Assembly (NCBI GenBank): GCA_964016885.1
Contig: OZ024747.1
Span: 46,748,001-46,812,000 of the forward strand
DNA: 64,000 bases
Direction of reading: 5' to 3'
Source: Eledone cirrhosa
Taxonomy: Eukaryota
Part shown: one piece after another, positions 14,446 through 28,766 of the stretch
Numbering within the stretch: the stretch's first letter is position 1
Layout: every line of letters starts with the position of its first letter
The notes under the pieces: model-generated
Database searches by the model: none
Told to the model about the DNA's origin: nothing
What the model saw: only the letters and a program-made list of their open reading frames with translations
Position numbers and translations under genes: made by a program

Positions 14446-15844
14446 TACTGGCCTAAAGTAAGCGTTATCTGTCGGCCAGTATATATAAACGATGTATCGT
14501 ATTTACGAAGCGTTGAGCAATGTATGAATCTTAAATTATTTAAGCGTAAAATATAATGCTTCAACACAGGCTTTTTGGGATACGCAGTCATCTGGCATAC
14601 GACAAGTGTGAGTTTGTATCTTACTGACGAAGCCGTCCGTTTTCTCCGTCTCTAATTACATGCCCAACTGCCCAACTCTTCTACCGTATTCAGTCTTGAA
14701 AGTACCCCTCCCCACTCAAGGAATTGATGCACTAATTAGTCAGTAAATATTTATACAAGATGTACTTATGCTGACGTAGTAACATATACATTGTCAGAAA
14801 TTGAATCGTTCAGGGAGGCCATCTGTATGAGATATAATAAGTAAGTTAGTGTTATCAGGATTAATTGCAAGAAGGAGATAAAGGAAAGCTATAATGAAAA
14901 ATCCGATGAAGGAATGGGATTTGTGCAAACATTAATTGCATTTTTCCTTTTGCCACCAATTTCATGACTAAATGTTTGACTCTCTTCTGACCTCATCACC
15001 GAATAATATCACATTCGCCTTACAAACTGAAGTAGTAATGACAGAATCATTGAGAAAATATACAAATCTGACATATGAGTGAATGGAGTCTTCTTTAGCA
15101 GCTAAATACTCAAGGTATGCCATTCGCATACAGAGAATATGTACCAAGTTAGAGTTAATATAATTATTACATCGGCATTACACCTTATGTAATTTAGTGT
15201 TTATATACTTTATATACATGCTATTAAATGCTAACTTGTAATAAAATTACCGTGAGGGAAAATGATATTAGTGAATACCAGGCTGGTCGACTTGATAAGG
15301 TCGACTGCCAATAGTAAACAGGTTCAATCCCATCTCGGCATACAGAAGACAGTTTGGATTACTTCCAACGTAATTGTGCGAATTATAGACGTGAGTTTGA
15401 CAGCTCTCCATTGTATATGGATATCAAAACCTTTCGGTCAGCTGCACTGCATGCTTCTGATGCCCTGTGTGTGTCCTTTCCCTATAAAGCATTCAGTTCT
15501 CTTCTGTCTCGTAATTATGGTATTTGGCAGTGTATCATAGCAGAATGGATTCTGTCGGCAATAGTCGTGGCTATGATGACGTTTGTGGCGGCAATTGTGG
15601 TAATAGTGACTGGGAAAGAGATGTCGTGGTGATGTTAGAAGTTAGGAACAATTTTTAGAAGCTTATCTGGCGGACACATTTGGTTTCTAATAGCACAAAT
15701 ACTGAAGCATGACTTTCCTAGTATATTGTTGCAACTATAAACCGGACATTATATCTCCGAAAAAAAACAAACAACTACAAATATTAATGAACAAAAACGA
15801 AAAATGAATAAAAATATTGAATGATGGTTATAATAATTATGATG

Positions 15845-16220
<376 letters not shown>

Positions 16221-16854
16221 TCTGTCTGTTTGTTGGTGTGCGTGTGAATGGAAAAGGAAGTTATGGAAAGTTTTGACGAACAAAATTTTGTAAGGAAACA
16301 AGAAGGGAAAGAAAGGAAATTGAAAAGAAGCCATAACCGAAAAATGAAATTGTAAAAATTGCGTTTTGATTTATTATTATTAGTGTTTGTTTAAAAAATT
16401 CTTGTTTGTCCTTTTTATTTTATTTTATTGTTATTTATTTTTTTTTTTTTTTTCATAATTCCAATATGTAGTTATTTATGTATTTACATTTTGTTCAAAA
16501 CGATTTTACTAGTGATGGCCATATTCCAACTAGTTCCGCCAATGAACAAAGTAAAGATTTTTGTTGAAAAAAAAAAATTTAATAAAAAGGGGAAAAAATG
16601 TTTCTATCCATTTGTTGGCAAATGTCTCATGCATTTTTAGATCAGCTGCAAATACAGTCGATGGTAATACAATATAATACAACGATGATGAAGAGAAGAG
16701 CACTGAACTGTAAATGAGTTGTGAAATAATGCATTGGAAATGTTGATTTCCATGATAAAAGCAGAAAATATTTCCAATTATTCCCATATGTTGTTCAATA
16801 AAGAATATTACTATGAACGATAACACTGATGTTGGGAGGGGGGGGATTAAAATG

Positions 16855-16865
16855 GCGATGACGCC

Positions 16866-16896
<31 letters not shown>

Positions 16897-16931
16897 GTGA
16901 TGGTGATGGTGATGATGACGATGATGACGAC

Positions 16932-16973
<42 letters not shown>

Positions 16974-17118
16974 GATGATGATGATGATGGCGATGACGGT
17001 GATGGTGGTGATGACGATGATGATGATGATGGTGATGATGATGATGGTGGTGATGATGGTTATGATGATAATGATGAGGAGGAGGATGAGGAATAGAAGG
17101 AGGTGGAGGTGGAGGGTG
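16855..17118. repeat. (GAT)n / (GGT)n / (GAG)n microsatellite
   Basis: Direct reading; explains the poly-Met and poly-Ile ORFs. Confidence 0.95.
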
Positions 17119-18016
17119 GTTTCTAATTTAGGCACAAGACCAGTAATTTGGAGGACGGAAAGTCGATTAAATGAACCCAAATATTTAACTGGTACTTTAT
17201 TATTTTTCTACACTGGAAGGTTCAAAGGTAAATATAATTTCCGTGACATGCATATAAAGAGATAGATACACATACATACATAAGTGGGAAGAAGAATATT
17301 TAGGATCCTCTAATTTATTGTCTTCAACACAGAAATGTTGCTATCTTAGGTTTCCAACTTTGCATGGAAATTAGGTTGTATATTACTCCATCCATATGCA
17401 CCGTTTTCTTTCAAGCAACTGTAAAGAAAGATAACCAACGTTATTAATGTGAGATCTTGTTAGGTGCACGGGGGTAACCATTTTAAAATGGTATTCACAA
17501 TTAAATCGTCCGAAACCATTTTGCTGGTTTGAGGGCTGTGTAAACTTATCGTGTTCATCGCCTTTCTTTATTTTCTCCTCAAGTCACTTCTGTGCGACAC
17601 AGCACTTCTGCTTGCCCTCCTCCTCTTTCAATATTTTCTATATTTCATCTGCCTGTCACCCACATTTTTTATTGTCTCTTTGTTGACCACTTACGTCTGA
17701 TCTCTGTCCTTGGAAGCGTTCTTGCTCATCGCTGTCTTTGACAGCATTTATCTTTGTTAACGGCTGTTCTAGCGATGAGTTTCCTCATTTTTATATGTGC
17801 ATATATATATATATATATATTTAGGGAACGATCGACTTTCGTCAAATCGGACCGAGGGAACAATGTTTCCGTTAGTCTTTCCAATTGCTAATACTATCTA
17901 TCGGTCGCAACTCCAGGTAGAAGGAGCAACGTGAAATAAAGTGTCTTACTCAAGGACATAACGCATCGCCTGGTCCAGGAATCGATATATATATATATAT
18001 ATATATGTTATGTGCG

Positions 18017-18242
18017 CATGGCTTATTGGCTAGATCATATCATTGGGCTTGCAATCGAAAGGTTGTGAGTTCAATTCTCAGACTGGGTGATGTGTTGTTT
18101 CCTTGAGCAGGACACTTTATTTCACGTTGCTCCAATTTACTCAGCTGTACAAATTAGTCCGGCCTGCCCGCCCAGCCAGTGGGATGGCGTTATCTTATGG
18201 CTAAAACAACATGACGGGTGCCCGATAGACTGGTCGGTCAAG

Positions 18243-18247
<5 letters not shown>
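18017..18247 (+). mobile_element. tRNA-derived SINE S2 with CORE-like middle
   Basis: TGGCTTATTGG A-box, GAGTTCAATTC B-box, TCCTTGAGCAGGACACTTTA core; related to 31458-31720 and 1800-1964. Confidence 0.82.
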
Positions 18248-18289
<42 letters not shown>

Positions 18290-18351
18290 GTGTGTGTGTG
18301 TGCGCATGTATATACATTTAAAAGGTAAACAGCAATAACAAAGCAAGCGAC

Positions 18352-18391
<40 letters not shown>

Positions 18392-18406
18392 TAGATATAT
18401 AGGAAT

Positions 18407-18547
18407 ATAGGAAAAGAGTCAGGACCCCGACGGCTGACCTTCGGTCGTCGGGGTCCTGACTCTTTTCCTATTACCCACTCTACTACCCTAAGTATCGAGT
18501 ACTCTGGTGCGTTATGGTCCACCTTGTATCTTACCACATCTACTTTG

Positions 18548-18549
<2 letters not shown>
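18407..18549 (+). mobile_element. F1 fold-back insertion in (TA)n
   Basis: Hairpin 18407-18471 followed by the 78-nt tail TACCCACTCTACTACCCTAAG...GTT. Confidence 0.88.
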
Positions 18550-18579
<30 letters not shown>

Positions 18580-18583
<4 letters not shown>

Positions 18584-19110
18584 GTGTTAAACGATATTCA
18601 ATGATTATGTCAAAGAATGAGTTTAACAGTAGATTGGAAGCACTCTACGGGAAAAAATAATGTTCTGGAGTTATTAATATTAAAATATAAATATTAATAA
18701 AATAGATGTTCTTTTGATCAATTACATTTTATTATACATATTTCGGATGTACAACAGTACGTCCTCATCAGACAAAATATAATGATACATGACAATGCGA
18801 AAACGTAATTTTAAAACCTTTAGAACAGTTACAGTATGCAACGTTTTTTCTTACTCACACATTCTCTAACGAATTTATTACGTTTTCGCATTTTCTTAAT
18901 TAGGCTATATAAGTAAAATTTTCTCTTGGGTTAATCACTACCTTGATTAAATCTTAACCATTTAACACCTCAGGGTATGTCATGTACCATTATATTTTGT
19001 CTGATGAGGATGTAGTGTTGTACATCCGAAATATGCATAAGAAATATGTATAATAAAATGTAATTGATCAAAAGAACATCTATTTTATTAATATTTATAT
19101 TTTAATATTA
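18580..19110 (-). mobile_element. F4 PLE-type insertion: tailed copy plus inverted tail-less copy, each with HHR
   Basis: Arms about 18677-18794 and 18978-19110. HHR CTGATGA-GGATGTA..TACATCC-GAAA-TATG at 19001-19035 (+) and 18727-18778 (-). The tail 18580-18676 resembles the F3 tail. Confidence 0.85.
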
Positions 19111-19263
19111 TATATATATATGTGTGTGCGTGTGCGTGTGCGTGTATGTGTCTGTGTGTGTGTGTGTGTGTCTGTGTGTGTGTGTCTCTGTCTGTGTGTG
19201 TGTGTGTGTGTCTGTGTCAGTGTGTGCGTGTCTGTGTGTGTGTACCTGTGTGTCTGTCTGCCA

Positions 19264-19295
<32 letters not shown>

Positions 19296-19571
19296 ATACA
19301 TATTAAGTAGTTCAGTAGATTCGTGGTTTACTGAAGAAGGTACCGAATTTAGTACTTTATGCTAAGGCAGATCGTATATATTAAGAATAAAACGAGGTTT
19401 CACGTTAAGGTGTTTATTGATTATGCATATTACGACTGTTTCGCTGATGTGTGGCTCGGTATCCCTATAATGCTATAGACTCGACTCTAGCCTGATATAC
19501 TCATCAGATTTGTGAATAAAGCGAAACCAAAGTCTCATCTGATTGCATCCCGGGGATGTAAATATATATAT

Positions 19572-19766
19572 ATAGGAACGAGTAGGACCCCGACGGTTGA
19601 GCTCAAGCCGTTTCGACGGCTAATTCTGAGTCCAGAATTAGCCGTCGAAACGGCTTGAGCTCAGCCGTCGGGGTCCTACTCGTTCCTATTACCCACTCTA
19701 CTACCCTAAGTATTGAGTACTTTGGTGCGTTATGGTCCATCTGGTTCTTTACCACATTTCTTTCGT

Positions 19767-19767
<1 letters not shown>
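19572..19767 (+). mobile_element. F1 fold-back insertion in (TA)n
   Basis: Near-perfect hairpin 19572-19689 plus 78-nt tail. Confidence 0.9.
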
Positions 19768-19798
<31 letters not shown>

Positions 19799-20607
19799 TT
19801 GAGAGAGAGAGAGACTGAGAGTGAGTGATGGAGAGAGTGAGACAGAGAGTGAGACAGAAAGTGAGAATGAGTGTGTGAGGAAAATATAAATTAATAAAAA
19901 CAAATCTAGAAACACAGCACTAGCTAAAATGTCATTTTTGAAGAGACTCAATTATATAACACAATGCCGTTCTTTCTCTTTCTTCCTATATCTACAGCCA
20001 CTTCTAATAATACCATAATATCAATTTATAATACCAATATCAACATATATGTATATACACATATATATATATATTGCATTGATAACAAAAGCACCAACGA
20101 CATCAACAATAACATAAATTCCCCGCCAACAGCAACAAGAGGTTCAAACATATTAGTGCTATTATTAAGTACAAAAATCTCGTCTATTTTTTCTCACACG
20201 TTAGCAACAAGATACTTTCGCCCACAGCCCACCCCTCCATCTAGAAGGCAAACTGTAAGCTTTTCGACCAGACAAGATCGGGGGGAAAGGAAGCAATTCT
20301 TCGATCTGATATGTGAACAGCAACCCATAAAAACAGAGAAACATAACAAAAATAAAAGATATGGTAGCGTTATCAATATTAATGAATAATACATTGACCA
20401 AATAGGCCTGATCGATTAGACAGGCATCAGAGGAACGATATATTGATAAAAGCAAATGTGGGCGTGTTTTATTGTTTTGTTTACTCTATCAGTAGGAAGG
20501 AAAGCAAATTGAGAAACAAATTTTTGGCACTGAATGACCTATCTCGAATTAAGCTTGTTGTTAGTACAAAACTAATGGGAAAATGTCATATGGTAACACT
20601 ATACACA

Positions 20608-20662
<55 letters not shown>

Positions 20663-20857
20663 CGGGAGAGAGAAAGTGAAGGAGAGAAGGAGAGAGAGAG
20701 AAAGAGAGGGAGGGAGGATATTTTTTTTTATACGGAAGCATATGCGTCGCCTCACTAAACCTGTAAATTTCGAATAGCGATGCAAAAGCGCCTGATGCTA
20801 TGTACATTAAACGATTTTACTCTACTAGATGCATTGAGTACTTTTTATCATGTACAC

Positions 20858-20937
20858 TGTATAAATATCGTGTTTATTTGTATACACACCACACACACAC
20901 ACACACACACGCGCACACGCACATACACACACACACA

Positions 20938-21030
<93 letters not shown>

Positions 21031-21053
21031 CACGTAGGAGTGGTCAGAATGTA

Positions 21054-21099
<46 letters not shown>

Positions 21100-21122
21100 C
21101 AAATAAACACGATATTTATACA
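20858..21122. repeat. Inverted repeat enclosing (CA)n/(TG)n
   Basis: TGTATAAATATCGTGTTTATTTGTATACACAC (20858-20889) and its exact reverse complement (21091-21122). Confidence 0.9.
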
Positions 21123-21962
21123 TTTGATTTAAAATTTGCATGCTCAAAATTTATATAGTCACCCAATAGACCGTTTGAACAAAGCTTAAGTGCTGTGATA
21201 ATTGCTCTTTTCGTATATCTTACATATAAAAAGCCCTCACCTTCTAACTCTTTCCCTCTCATTCTTTTTTTCTCTTTCTACCTCTTACCTTCTCTTCCTC
21301 TCTATCTACCTTTCTATCACACAATCAGAAAATTGATCGCAGTTGTTTGCTTCCTGTTTTACAATATCAGTCAACTCTTCTTTATTGTTGTTGTTTGGTT
21401 GTTGCTGTTTCTTTGTTATTTAATCAAAACAAATGAAGAAGACGCTACGAGATCCTGTCAGAAGGATTAAATAAAACACTTGATTCTTACCTATTTAATT
21501 CCTTTTTTCAACTTCGAAACCGTTTCAAAATCGAGGGTCAATCTCTTACAATACTAAATGTACAAAGAATAAAGTCGAACATGACCAACCATTGAAAGCC
21601 CTTACACCAAGGCCCACCAATACTGCACTTTCCATGATCTTGGTCTTTGTCTAAATCCGGTCGATGGTTTAAGTCTTCCTTCTTAGAAGCAGAACTGGCC
21701 CTCGATAAGCTTTCAAACTAAGTTATCGGTATAGTATAGTCAATGACATCAACCATAGTAGTTAACTGGTTCTTCACATTATTGATCCAGGAAGTGGAGA
21801 AAGTAACTCCACCACGGCTGGACATAAACTCAAAATATCAAGGATCAAACGTGAATACTTCAATATATGATTTATCTAACGCTTACCTATATATGACACT
21901 ACACCACTGGATTATTGCCAGGTTATGTAGAAATATGAACAAAATGCCAGAGTATTTAACTT

Positions 21963-22130
21963 CCGCATTTCCCGGCGTCGAAAACGCTACTTTTTTCCTA
22001 AAATAAGTCTCGAAAATCTATCATACGTCCTGGAGGCCGAAGGTTGTTTATTATTTTTTATCAAATTTTTGGTTGACAAAATTAGGGTGCGTCTTCGAGG
22101 ACGACGCGTCTTTGGTGCCGGGAAATACGG
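21963..22130. mobile_element. MITE with pogo/Tc2-like TIRs
   Basis: Left CCGCATTTCCCGGC, right GCCGGGAAATACGG followed by TA; internal GCGTCTT repeats. Confidence 0.65.
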
Positions 22131-25100
22131 TACTTTTCTTTTCGTTTTGAGTTAAAATTCCACAAGAGTCGAGGATATCTTTCATTGCTCCGTTGTTGAT
22201 GATGCAAATACCAGTCAAGTACTGGAGTAAATATAGTCGACTGTTTTGTCACTGAAAAACTGGGAGACTGTCTATGTAAAAAACAGTTGCAAAATCCCGA
22301 GGGCGGCGGCGGTGGTATTATTGTATATGGTTATGCTTCTTTACGATCTAATTTCAAATCGCACCGAGATCAATGTTACATTTAATATTTCCTAGATCAA
22401 TATAACAAGGTACCATTTAAGTACTGGGTCAATAAAATCGATTAAACTCCTGCCTTAAATTTGAAGCCTTGTGCCTATGTAATAAATCAATATTAAGGGT
22501 ATCTTTATTGATAATTTGTAAGTATAATGTAGCTTTTGCACCGAAGATTTATTAGTCATTGTTCTAAATTATTCATGTTAATAAGGTTTTTTAATATATG
22601 GATTTAACTTGAAAGATAAATATCATGCACTTTTACCAAACGAACTTTAAATCATGCGTGTACTTTATCTTTCAAGCTACGCTTAATAAGATAGTGGAAT
22701 CTAAAGAAAATTCTTATTTGGTGATTAAATTTGCTATTGTTTGTAAGCCACAGAGCAAGCAAAAGCAAAGCAAAATAAAGCAAAGCACTACGTTAGAACA
22801 TAACAAATCTATGTAACTAGTTAGATTTATTCGCTGGAAATTCAAGTGAATATATTATTATACATACAAGATATCTACTGAAGTCGAAATAGTCAAAGCA
22901 AACGATGTGGAAGCACATAAAATTTTATTCGAATTTGAAAGCATATCGACTGGCATTTGTGAGCGAATCAAAAGATGATCAATTGAAAGACTATTTAGAA
23001 ACACAGTTATAGCGTTCTACCATAAAAGATTTTACGCTTCCGACGTTGAATTACGATCTGCTACAACACCGCTGATGCTAACAATCATGCGCTAGAGGAT
23101 TTAATTAAAACAGCCACTTTACGAACATTGATTAAAAGATTACTAAAATCACCGCCCCGCTCCCAACCGCAACAAACTACTTCTATTACTGTTTCTACTG
23201 TTAATAATAATAACAATAAAACTATCACATATAATACTGCCACCATGACACACATACCGTGCAGCTATGGCTACATCGTCGTCTAGGCCAATTTCTTCCT
23301 TCCAACAAACAACTAACTCCTCTTAAGTTAGCACAATTTTAAGTTGTGACCGAGCTACTTTTGGCTGTTAGCCAGGCAAGTGAATTCCAACATCGGCAAA
23401 TACATTAATCGTTTGAGATATTCTAACACTTCTCAGCTGACATCGCGTGAAGACGCCATACTCACCTTGTTTACAATGAATTAAATACATACACTGATTA
23501 AAGGAATCTATTCACACAACACCATGACAACATTAGCTCTCATTAATTGTTACTTATTTGTTCGTTGATTTTTGTTTCGTTTTTCTTAGGTTTATTTTCG
23601 TTTTTGACTAGGTACACGATTCTTTACATTTAAGAGAATAAAAATAAATTTTTTTCGACGATTATTCTTTTCCTATAACCGGCCAGTAACTCTTAAATAG
23701 TCATTTGATGAGACAACATTTAATTAAAGTGGAGACAAAAACCGTTAATGGATCGTTGGGTTTAAAACCCATAACAGATTGTTGGGACATCAACAAAATC
23801 TGTGTCCTCATGCTGGATGTCAATATTAAATATATACAGAGGCTTTCATTTTAATACTGGCAAAGGACCAGTTTTTAAGTGAACTGTTCAGTCTATTTGA
23901 ACCGTTTGTTACTGGTATATTGCTAGTTCCTATTCAATATTACTGGTACCTATTTGTACATGGTGGGTGGAAAGAAACTTCCTATTTACAATTGTTAATA
24001 AATTTATTAATTATTGGTCAATTTAAAAAAAAAATGTTCTGTTTTGAACAGTATAATGATAGTGTTAAAATCCTACATAGGCACCCGCGTTGACCATAAG
24101 TGTTTGTAATTGTCTGGTTTCACTGTGTCGCAACTTTAGCAACTGTGCTTTACAAATATTCCTGGGTTGACCAAGTCTTTGTGAGTCAAATTTGGCAGGC
24201 AGCAACTGTGTGGAAACAGATTAGAAACATTGTTGTCGTTCCTGACCGGTAAATTTTATACAACTCCCGTTTTAATACACTCACAAAGTGGAGTCCAATG
24301 TTTGGGATGTGTCAGTTTAGGTTGCCTATTTGAAGAAAACTTTTTCTCTTCCTCCTTTAAATCACCTAGGACCTGAAAAGGCTCGCGGGCGCTGCTTCGC
24401 TTCTTCTGTCTAAGCCAAAAACAAAGAAAATGAATAACATCCAATCTACGACCGAACATTGCCTGGCATTTTCCCCCCAGCCAACGTCATTAGTATTTCT
24501 TTTTGCATTGGTAGAATAACGTAATACTGGTGTTAGTCCATGAAGCCTAAACGTAATGAAATGAAGATATTAAAGATATTGAGAAGGAAAACTATAATGA
24601 AGCAGTTGTTACTGCCAGAATTGGATCGACATGAATCCAAATGCCTGGCTTTTGGTGGTGAGGCTGTACAAATAAGGTGATATGAAATGGCTTTAGCTGA
24701 TAATCAAAACGACGGCGAGAAGAAGCCAAGAGATTAAAATTTGCCGAGAGCTGTTTGTGTTTAAAAGTGTTTAGTTTGTTAACATTGAAACGCCGCCATG
24801 TTTTCAGAATAATTTTGTTAAAAGTTACTGAGTTTAAAAAAACTTACTTTATCATAATTACTCGTTTTGGTTCCTTTCGTATTTGTTTTAAGATTTACGA
24901 TTGGATAAATCTACGCCAACTATTAAATTTAGTTTCGTATGATCGAAGAGACTTAACACAAAATATTAATCAGTGTTCTCCCGTTTTAAAATACTTAGGT
25001 CTGATTCGAAGTGTTTGCAATTAGTTTCTTTTTCATTAAGCTCACATAAACTATATTTTAGGGGTATTTAAATTAACGACGTTCGTCGCATTGTATCTTG

Positions 25101-25404
25101 ATAATATGGTTGCTCGCTGTTTATGGGCAAACCAAATAAATTTCTTATAACTTTTTGTGATATATTCTCATCATCATGTTCAATTATAATAGCAACAACG
25201 TCAATAAGCAACCGGAGAAGAAAGACTCCTAATGAGAAATCGGTTTACCAGAAATAATAGCAAGATCACCATAAAATAACAAAGTTAGAATTTGTATGCT
25301 TCTTCACACAGATCTGCACAGTCATGGCTAACATGGGGCTAAGTAGCAACCAAACCCTTGACACATACAGATACAGAATATCTTCCGTGTTTTATTGTTG
25401 GTGC

Positions 25405-25790
25405 ATTTGTAGTATCAGTAGAGCACCAACAATCCTGCTCGATGCATAGAGTTACGGCCCTTTACATTTTGAATTTAAATCCCGCCGAGGTTAGCTTTGC
25501 CTCTCATCGTTACGGGGTCGATAAGATAAAATACCAGTCACGCACTAGGGTCGATTTAATCGACTTTCCCCTCCCTCAAAATTAATTGGCTTTGTGCCTA
25601 AATCAGAAACCATTATTATTTTTGGTGGATTGGCAGAATCGGTAGATCGTCGGACAACGTTCTTCACGTCAGAGAGTTACGGCCATTTACCTTCTGAGTT
25701 CAAATCCCGCCGAGGTTAGCTTTTCCTTTCAGCCTTATGGGATCGATGAAATTAAGCGCCAGTAATGCACTGAGGTCAATTTAATCGAAA
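25405..25790 (+). mobile_element. Two tandem older S1 SINE copies
   Basis: AAATCCCGCCGAGGTTAGCTTT...GTCGAT cores at about 25477 and 25702. Confidence 0.8.
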
Positions 25791-25881
25791 TCACGTGGTT
25801 ACGAAGCGAATTCTTTAATTGTGCAGATATGTTTGTGCCTCTTAACTATGCATCTCTGCATGTAATATCTATCTGTATATA

Positions 25882-26123
25882 TAAGAAAGTCTGGTAAGGA
25901 ACCAGGTGGACCATAACACACCAGAGTACTCCATACTTAGGGTAGTAGAGTGGGTAATAGGAAAAGAGTCATTTGATACTTCTACTTTTTTTTGTTTTGA
26001 CTGCATGCCCATATATGTACTGTACCCCTTGATAAGTTCAGCTAGATCCCTGCCGTTCTAATACTGCTGCGTTAGTTCGTATCTAGCTGTTGAAACGGTC
26101 GGAGCTCAGCCGTTGGGGATCCT

Positions 26124-26129
<6 letters not shown>
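25882..26129 (-). mobile_element. F1 insertion (tail on minus strand; inverted copy holds a complete HHR)
   Basis: Reverse-complement tail at 25882-25970; + strand HHR at 26025-26118. Confidence 0.85.
26025..26118 (+). ncRNA. Type I hammerhead, U3:A8 core variant, long stem II
   Basis: CCCC-TTGATAA-G..CAGCTAGAT...ATCTAGCTG..-GAAAC-GG..GAGCTC..CC-GTT^GGGG. Confidence 0.75.
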
Positions 26130-26207
<78 letters not shown>

Positions 26208-26673
26208 GTGTGTGTATGTTTGCGCGTGTTGTAATATTTATACAAACATGCATACAGATGGACAAGACCATATGCCCATATATATACGCTACACATATAT
26301 ATACCAAGTATGAATAATAATCTATTAGAATGCTTGTCATACGATGGCAGTTATATATACTATTAGCCAGAGAAAATTCAAGCAAAATTTGGAAGATCAA
26401 TATGGCAATAAAGATGAACTTGGAGCAAGTTTTGCTCTGTCTACTGTTGGTAAATTTCCCAAGACTAGACAAAGAAAATGCACGGGTCGCCAAACGTTTA
26501 CAAATACATGTCACTTATTTCTAAGTCTGTTTGCTTCGTCCATGCCGTCGCCTACCACCTTTCTTTCATTTTGTCAATCGTGTTTCTCGTTCTATCTATC
26601 AAATGGTTTAGCTAATCTCGCTTTCTCACCACCCTCTCCTCTCTCCCTCTTTGTGTAATATTAATGTGCGTGA

Positions 26674-26779
<106 letters not shown>

Positions 26780-26822
26780 GTATGTATATATATATATATG
26801 TATATATGTATATGTATGTATA

Positions 26823-26859
<37 letters not shown>

Positions 26860-26864
26860 GTATG

Positions 26865-26896
<32 letters not shown>

Positions 26897-26986
26897 GATA
26901 TATATGTATATATAAATATATATATAGATAGATAGATATATAGATAGATATACATAAATATATATATATATATACACACACACACT

Positions 26987-27053
<67 letters not shown>

Positions 27054-27055
<2 letters not shown>

Positions 27056-27245
27056 CGAAGGAGGTATGGTTAGGAACCAGATGGACCATAACGCACCAGA
27101 GTACGCAATACTTAGGGTACTAGAGTGGGTAATAGGAAAAAGTTTAACCCCGACGGCAGAGCTCAAGCCGTTTCGACGGGGCTATTTCTGGACTAAATAG
27201 CCGTCGAGACGGCTTGAGCTCTGCCGTAGGGGTTAAACTTTTTCC

Positions 27246-27248
<3 letters not shown>
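27054..27248 (-). mobile_element. F1 fold-back insertion in (TA)n
   Basis: Tail 27054-27131 (78 nt), hairpin 27132-27248. Confidence 0.9.
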
Positions 27249-27304
<56 letters not shown>

Positions 27305-27460
27305 CCTTGTATTCCTTTACTGGTTTCAGTCATTAGACTGCGGCCACCCTGGAGCACCGCTTTGGTTAAGTTGAAAATATCGAGCCAGTATTTTTACCAT
27401 ATCTGGTATTTATTTTATAGATTCCTTTTTTTCTATATTAGGGGACATTACAGACAAACG
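27305..27460 (-). mobile_element. Diverged SINE fragment
   Basis: TTTCAGTCATTAGACTGCGGCC...CTGGTATTTATTTTATAG; the last part resembles the inverted S1 core. Confidence 0.45.
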
Positions 27461-27504
27461 TAAACTTAGACATAGACACTCACCCACACCCAGAGACACA
27501 AACG

Positions 27505-27592
<88 letters not shown>

Positions 27593-27630
27593 CACACACA
27601 CACATATATATATATACATACATACACACA

Positions 27631-27714
<84 letters not shown>

Positions 27715-27721
27715 CATACAT

Positions 27722-27754
<33 letters not shown>

Positions 27755-27783
27755 CATACATACACCCCCCACACGCACACACG

Positions 27784-27833
<50 letters not shown>

Positions 27834-27914
27834 AATTAGGCTGCTCAGCTGTTAATATGCATAAGGAAGGAAAGTATATATTTTCAAACGTTCAATTAAC
27901 TGACAGAAAGGTAT

Positions 27915-27957
27915 ACGTTGCTGATGACAGCTAATAAGCTAGAAACTAGTTCATCGT
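27915..27957 (+). ncRNA. Type I hammerhead (family F12) in a (TA)n-flanked island at about 27831-28075
   Basis: ACGTTG-CTGATGA-C-AGC-TAATAA-GCT-A-GAAAC-TA-GTT^CATCGT; stem I extends through ACTGAC..AAAGG / CCTTT.GTCAGT. Confidence 0.8.
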
Positions 27958-28719
27958 TCCTTTGTCAGTGTTGAACAAAAGGGCAACGATGGTTGCCGAA
28001 CACTGTACGGCTAATAATTTGGGCTGTTCGTTTACAAACAAACCGAGCATTATAATAAATGTTGGGTAAACCCATACGTACATATATATATGTGTGCATA
28101 TATACATACTACTGTACGTCTGTATACATATATGTATGTACGTATACATACTTATATTTAAGTAACAGCCGTACTAAGAGTGAGAAATGAAATTTTATTT
28201 TTTCCATTTATATATATATATATATATTACTGTTATCCTCTTTCTCTTTCCCCCTTCTCTCTCCTCTGCCTCCTGCTTTCTTCCACCCCCGCTGCTGGTC
28301 ACACACTCTCGGCCGGCCCCTTCCTCACACTTTCACTCACTCACTCTCTGCTACTCCCCCTCTCTCACTTCCTCCCATCTGACCTGCGTGAAATTCTTTG
28401 CTCTCTCACTTTTCACGTGGCTCGGACGTGTCTGCCTCTTCTCGTCATTTGATTTGTCGGACTTAAGCCCACGAGATTCATTGACTTGTCTCTCTTTTCC
28501 TCTCTTTACGTTGCATTACTACCATGTTGTTTGTTTACTTTCCTCTATCCCGATAACTTAATTTAGTTATCGCTCGCACTGATTTTAGGTATCTAGCCTT
28601 TAATGCGAAGAAATACCAATGACAATCAGCAGACTACTGATGATGGACGTTCCTGTTTCTCGGTCTAATTTCATTCATATGTTCATACATGCAACAACGC
28701 AGCACGCCATTTTTCATTC

Positions 28720-28766
<47 letters not shown>

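Noticed and set aside
14624-14650. CTGACGA as a hammerhead core
   Set aside because: No stem II followed by GAAA downstream.
19331-19360. CTGAAGA-AGGTAC..GTACTT as a hammerhead
   Set aside because: The hairpin is present but is not followed by GAAA and a cleavage triplet.
21560-21930. Possible CR1/L2-type LINE 3' remnant on the minus strand (YSRLILDILSLCPAV)
   Set aside because: Only one weak motif; too degenerate to call by eye.
28637-28670. CTGATGA-TGGA-CGT-TCCT motif
   Set aside because: GTTTC stands where GAAAC is required, and stem I is weak.
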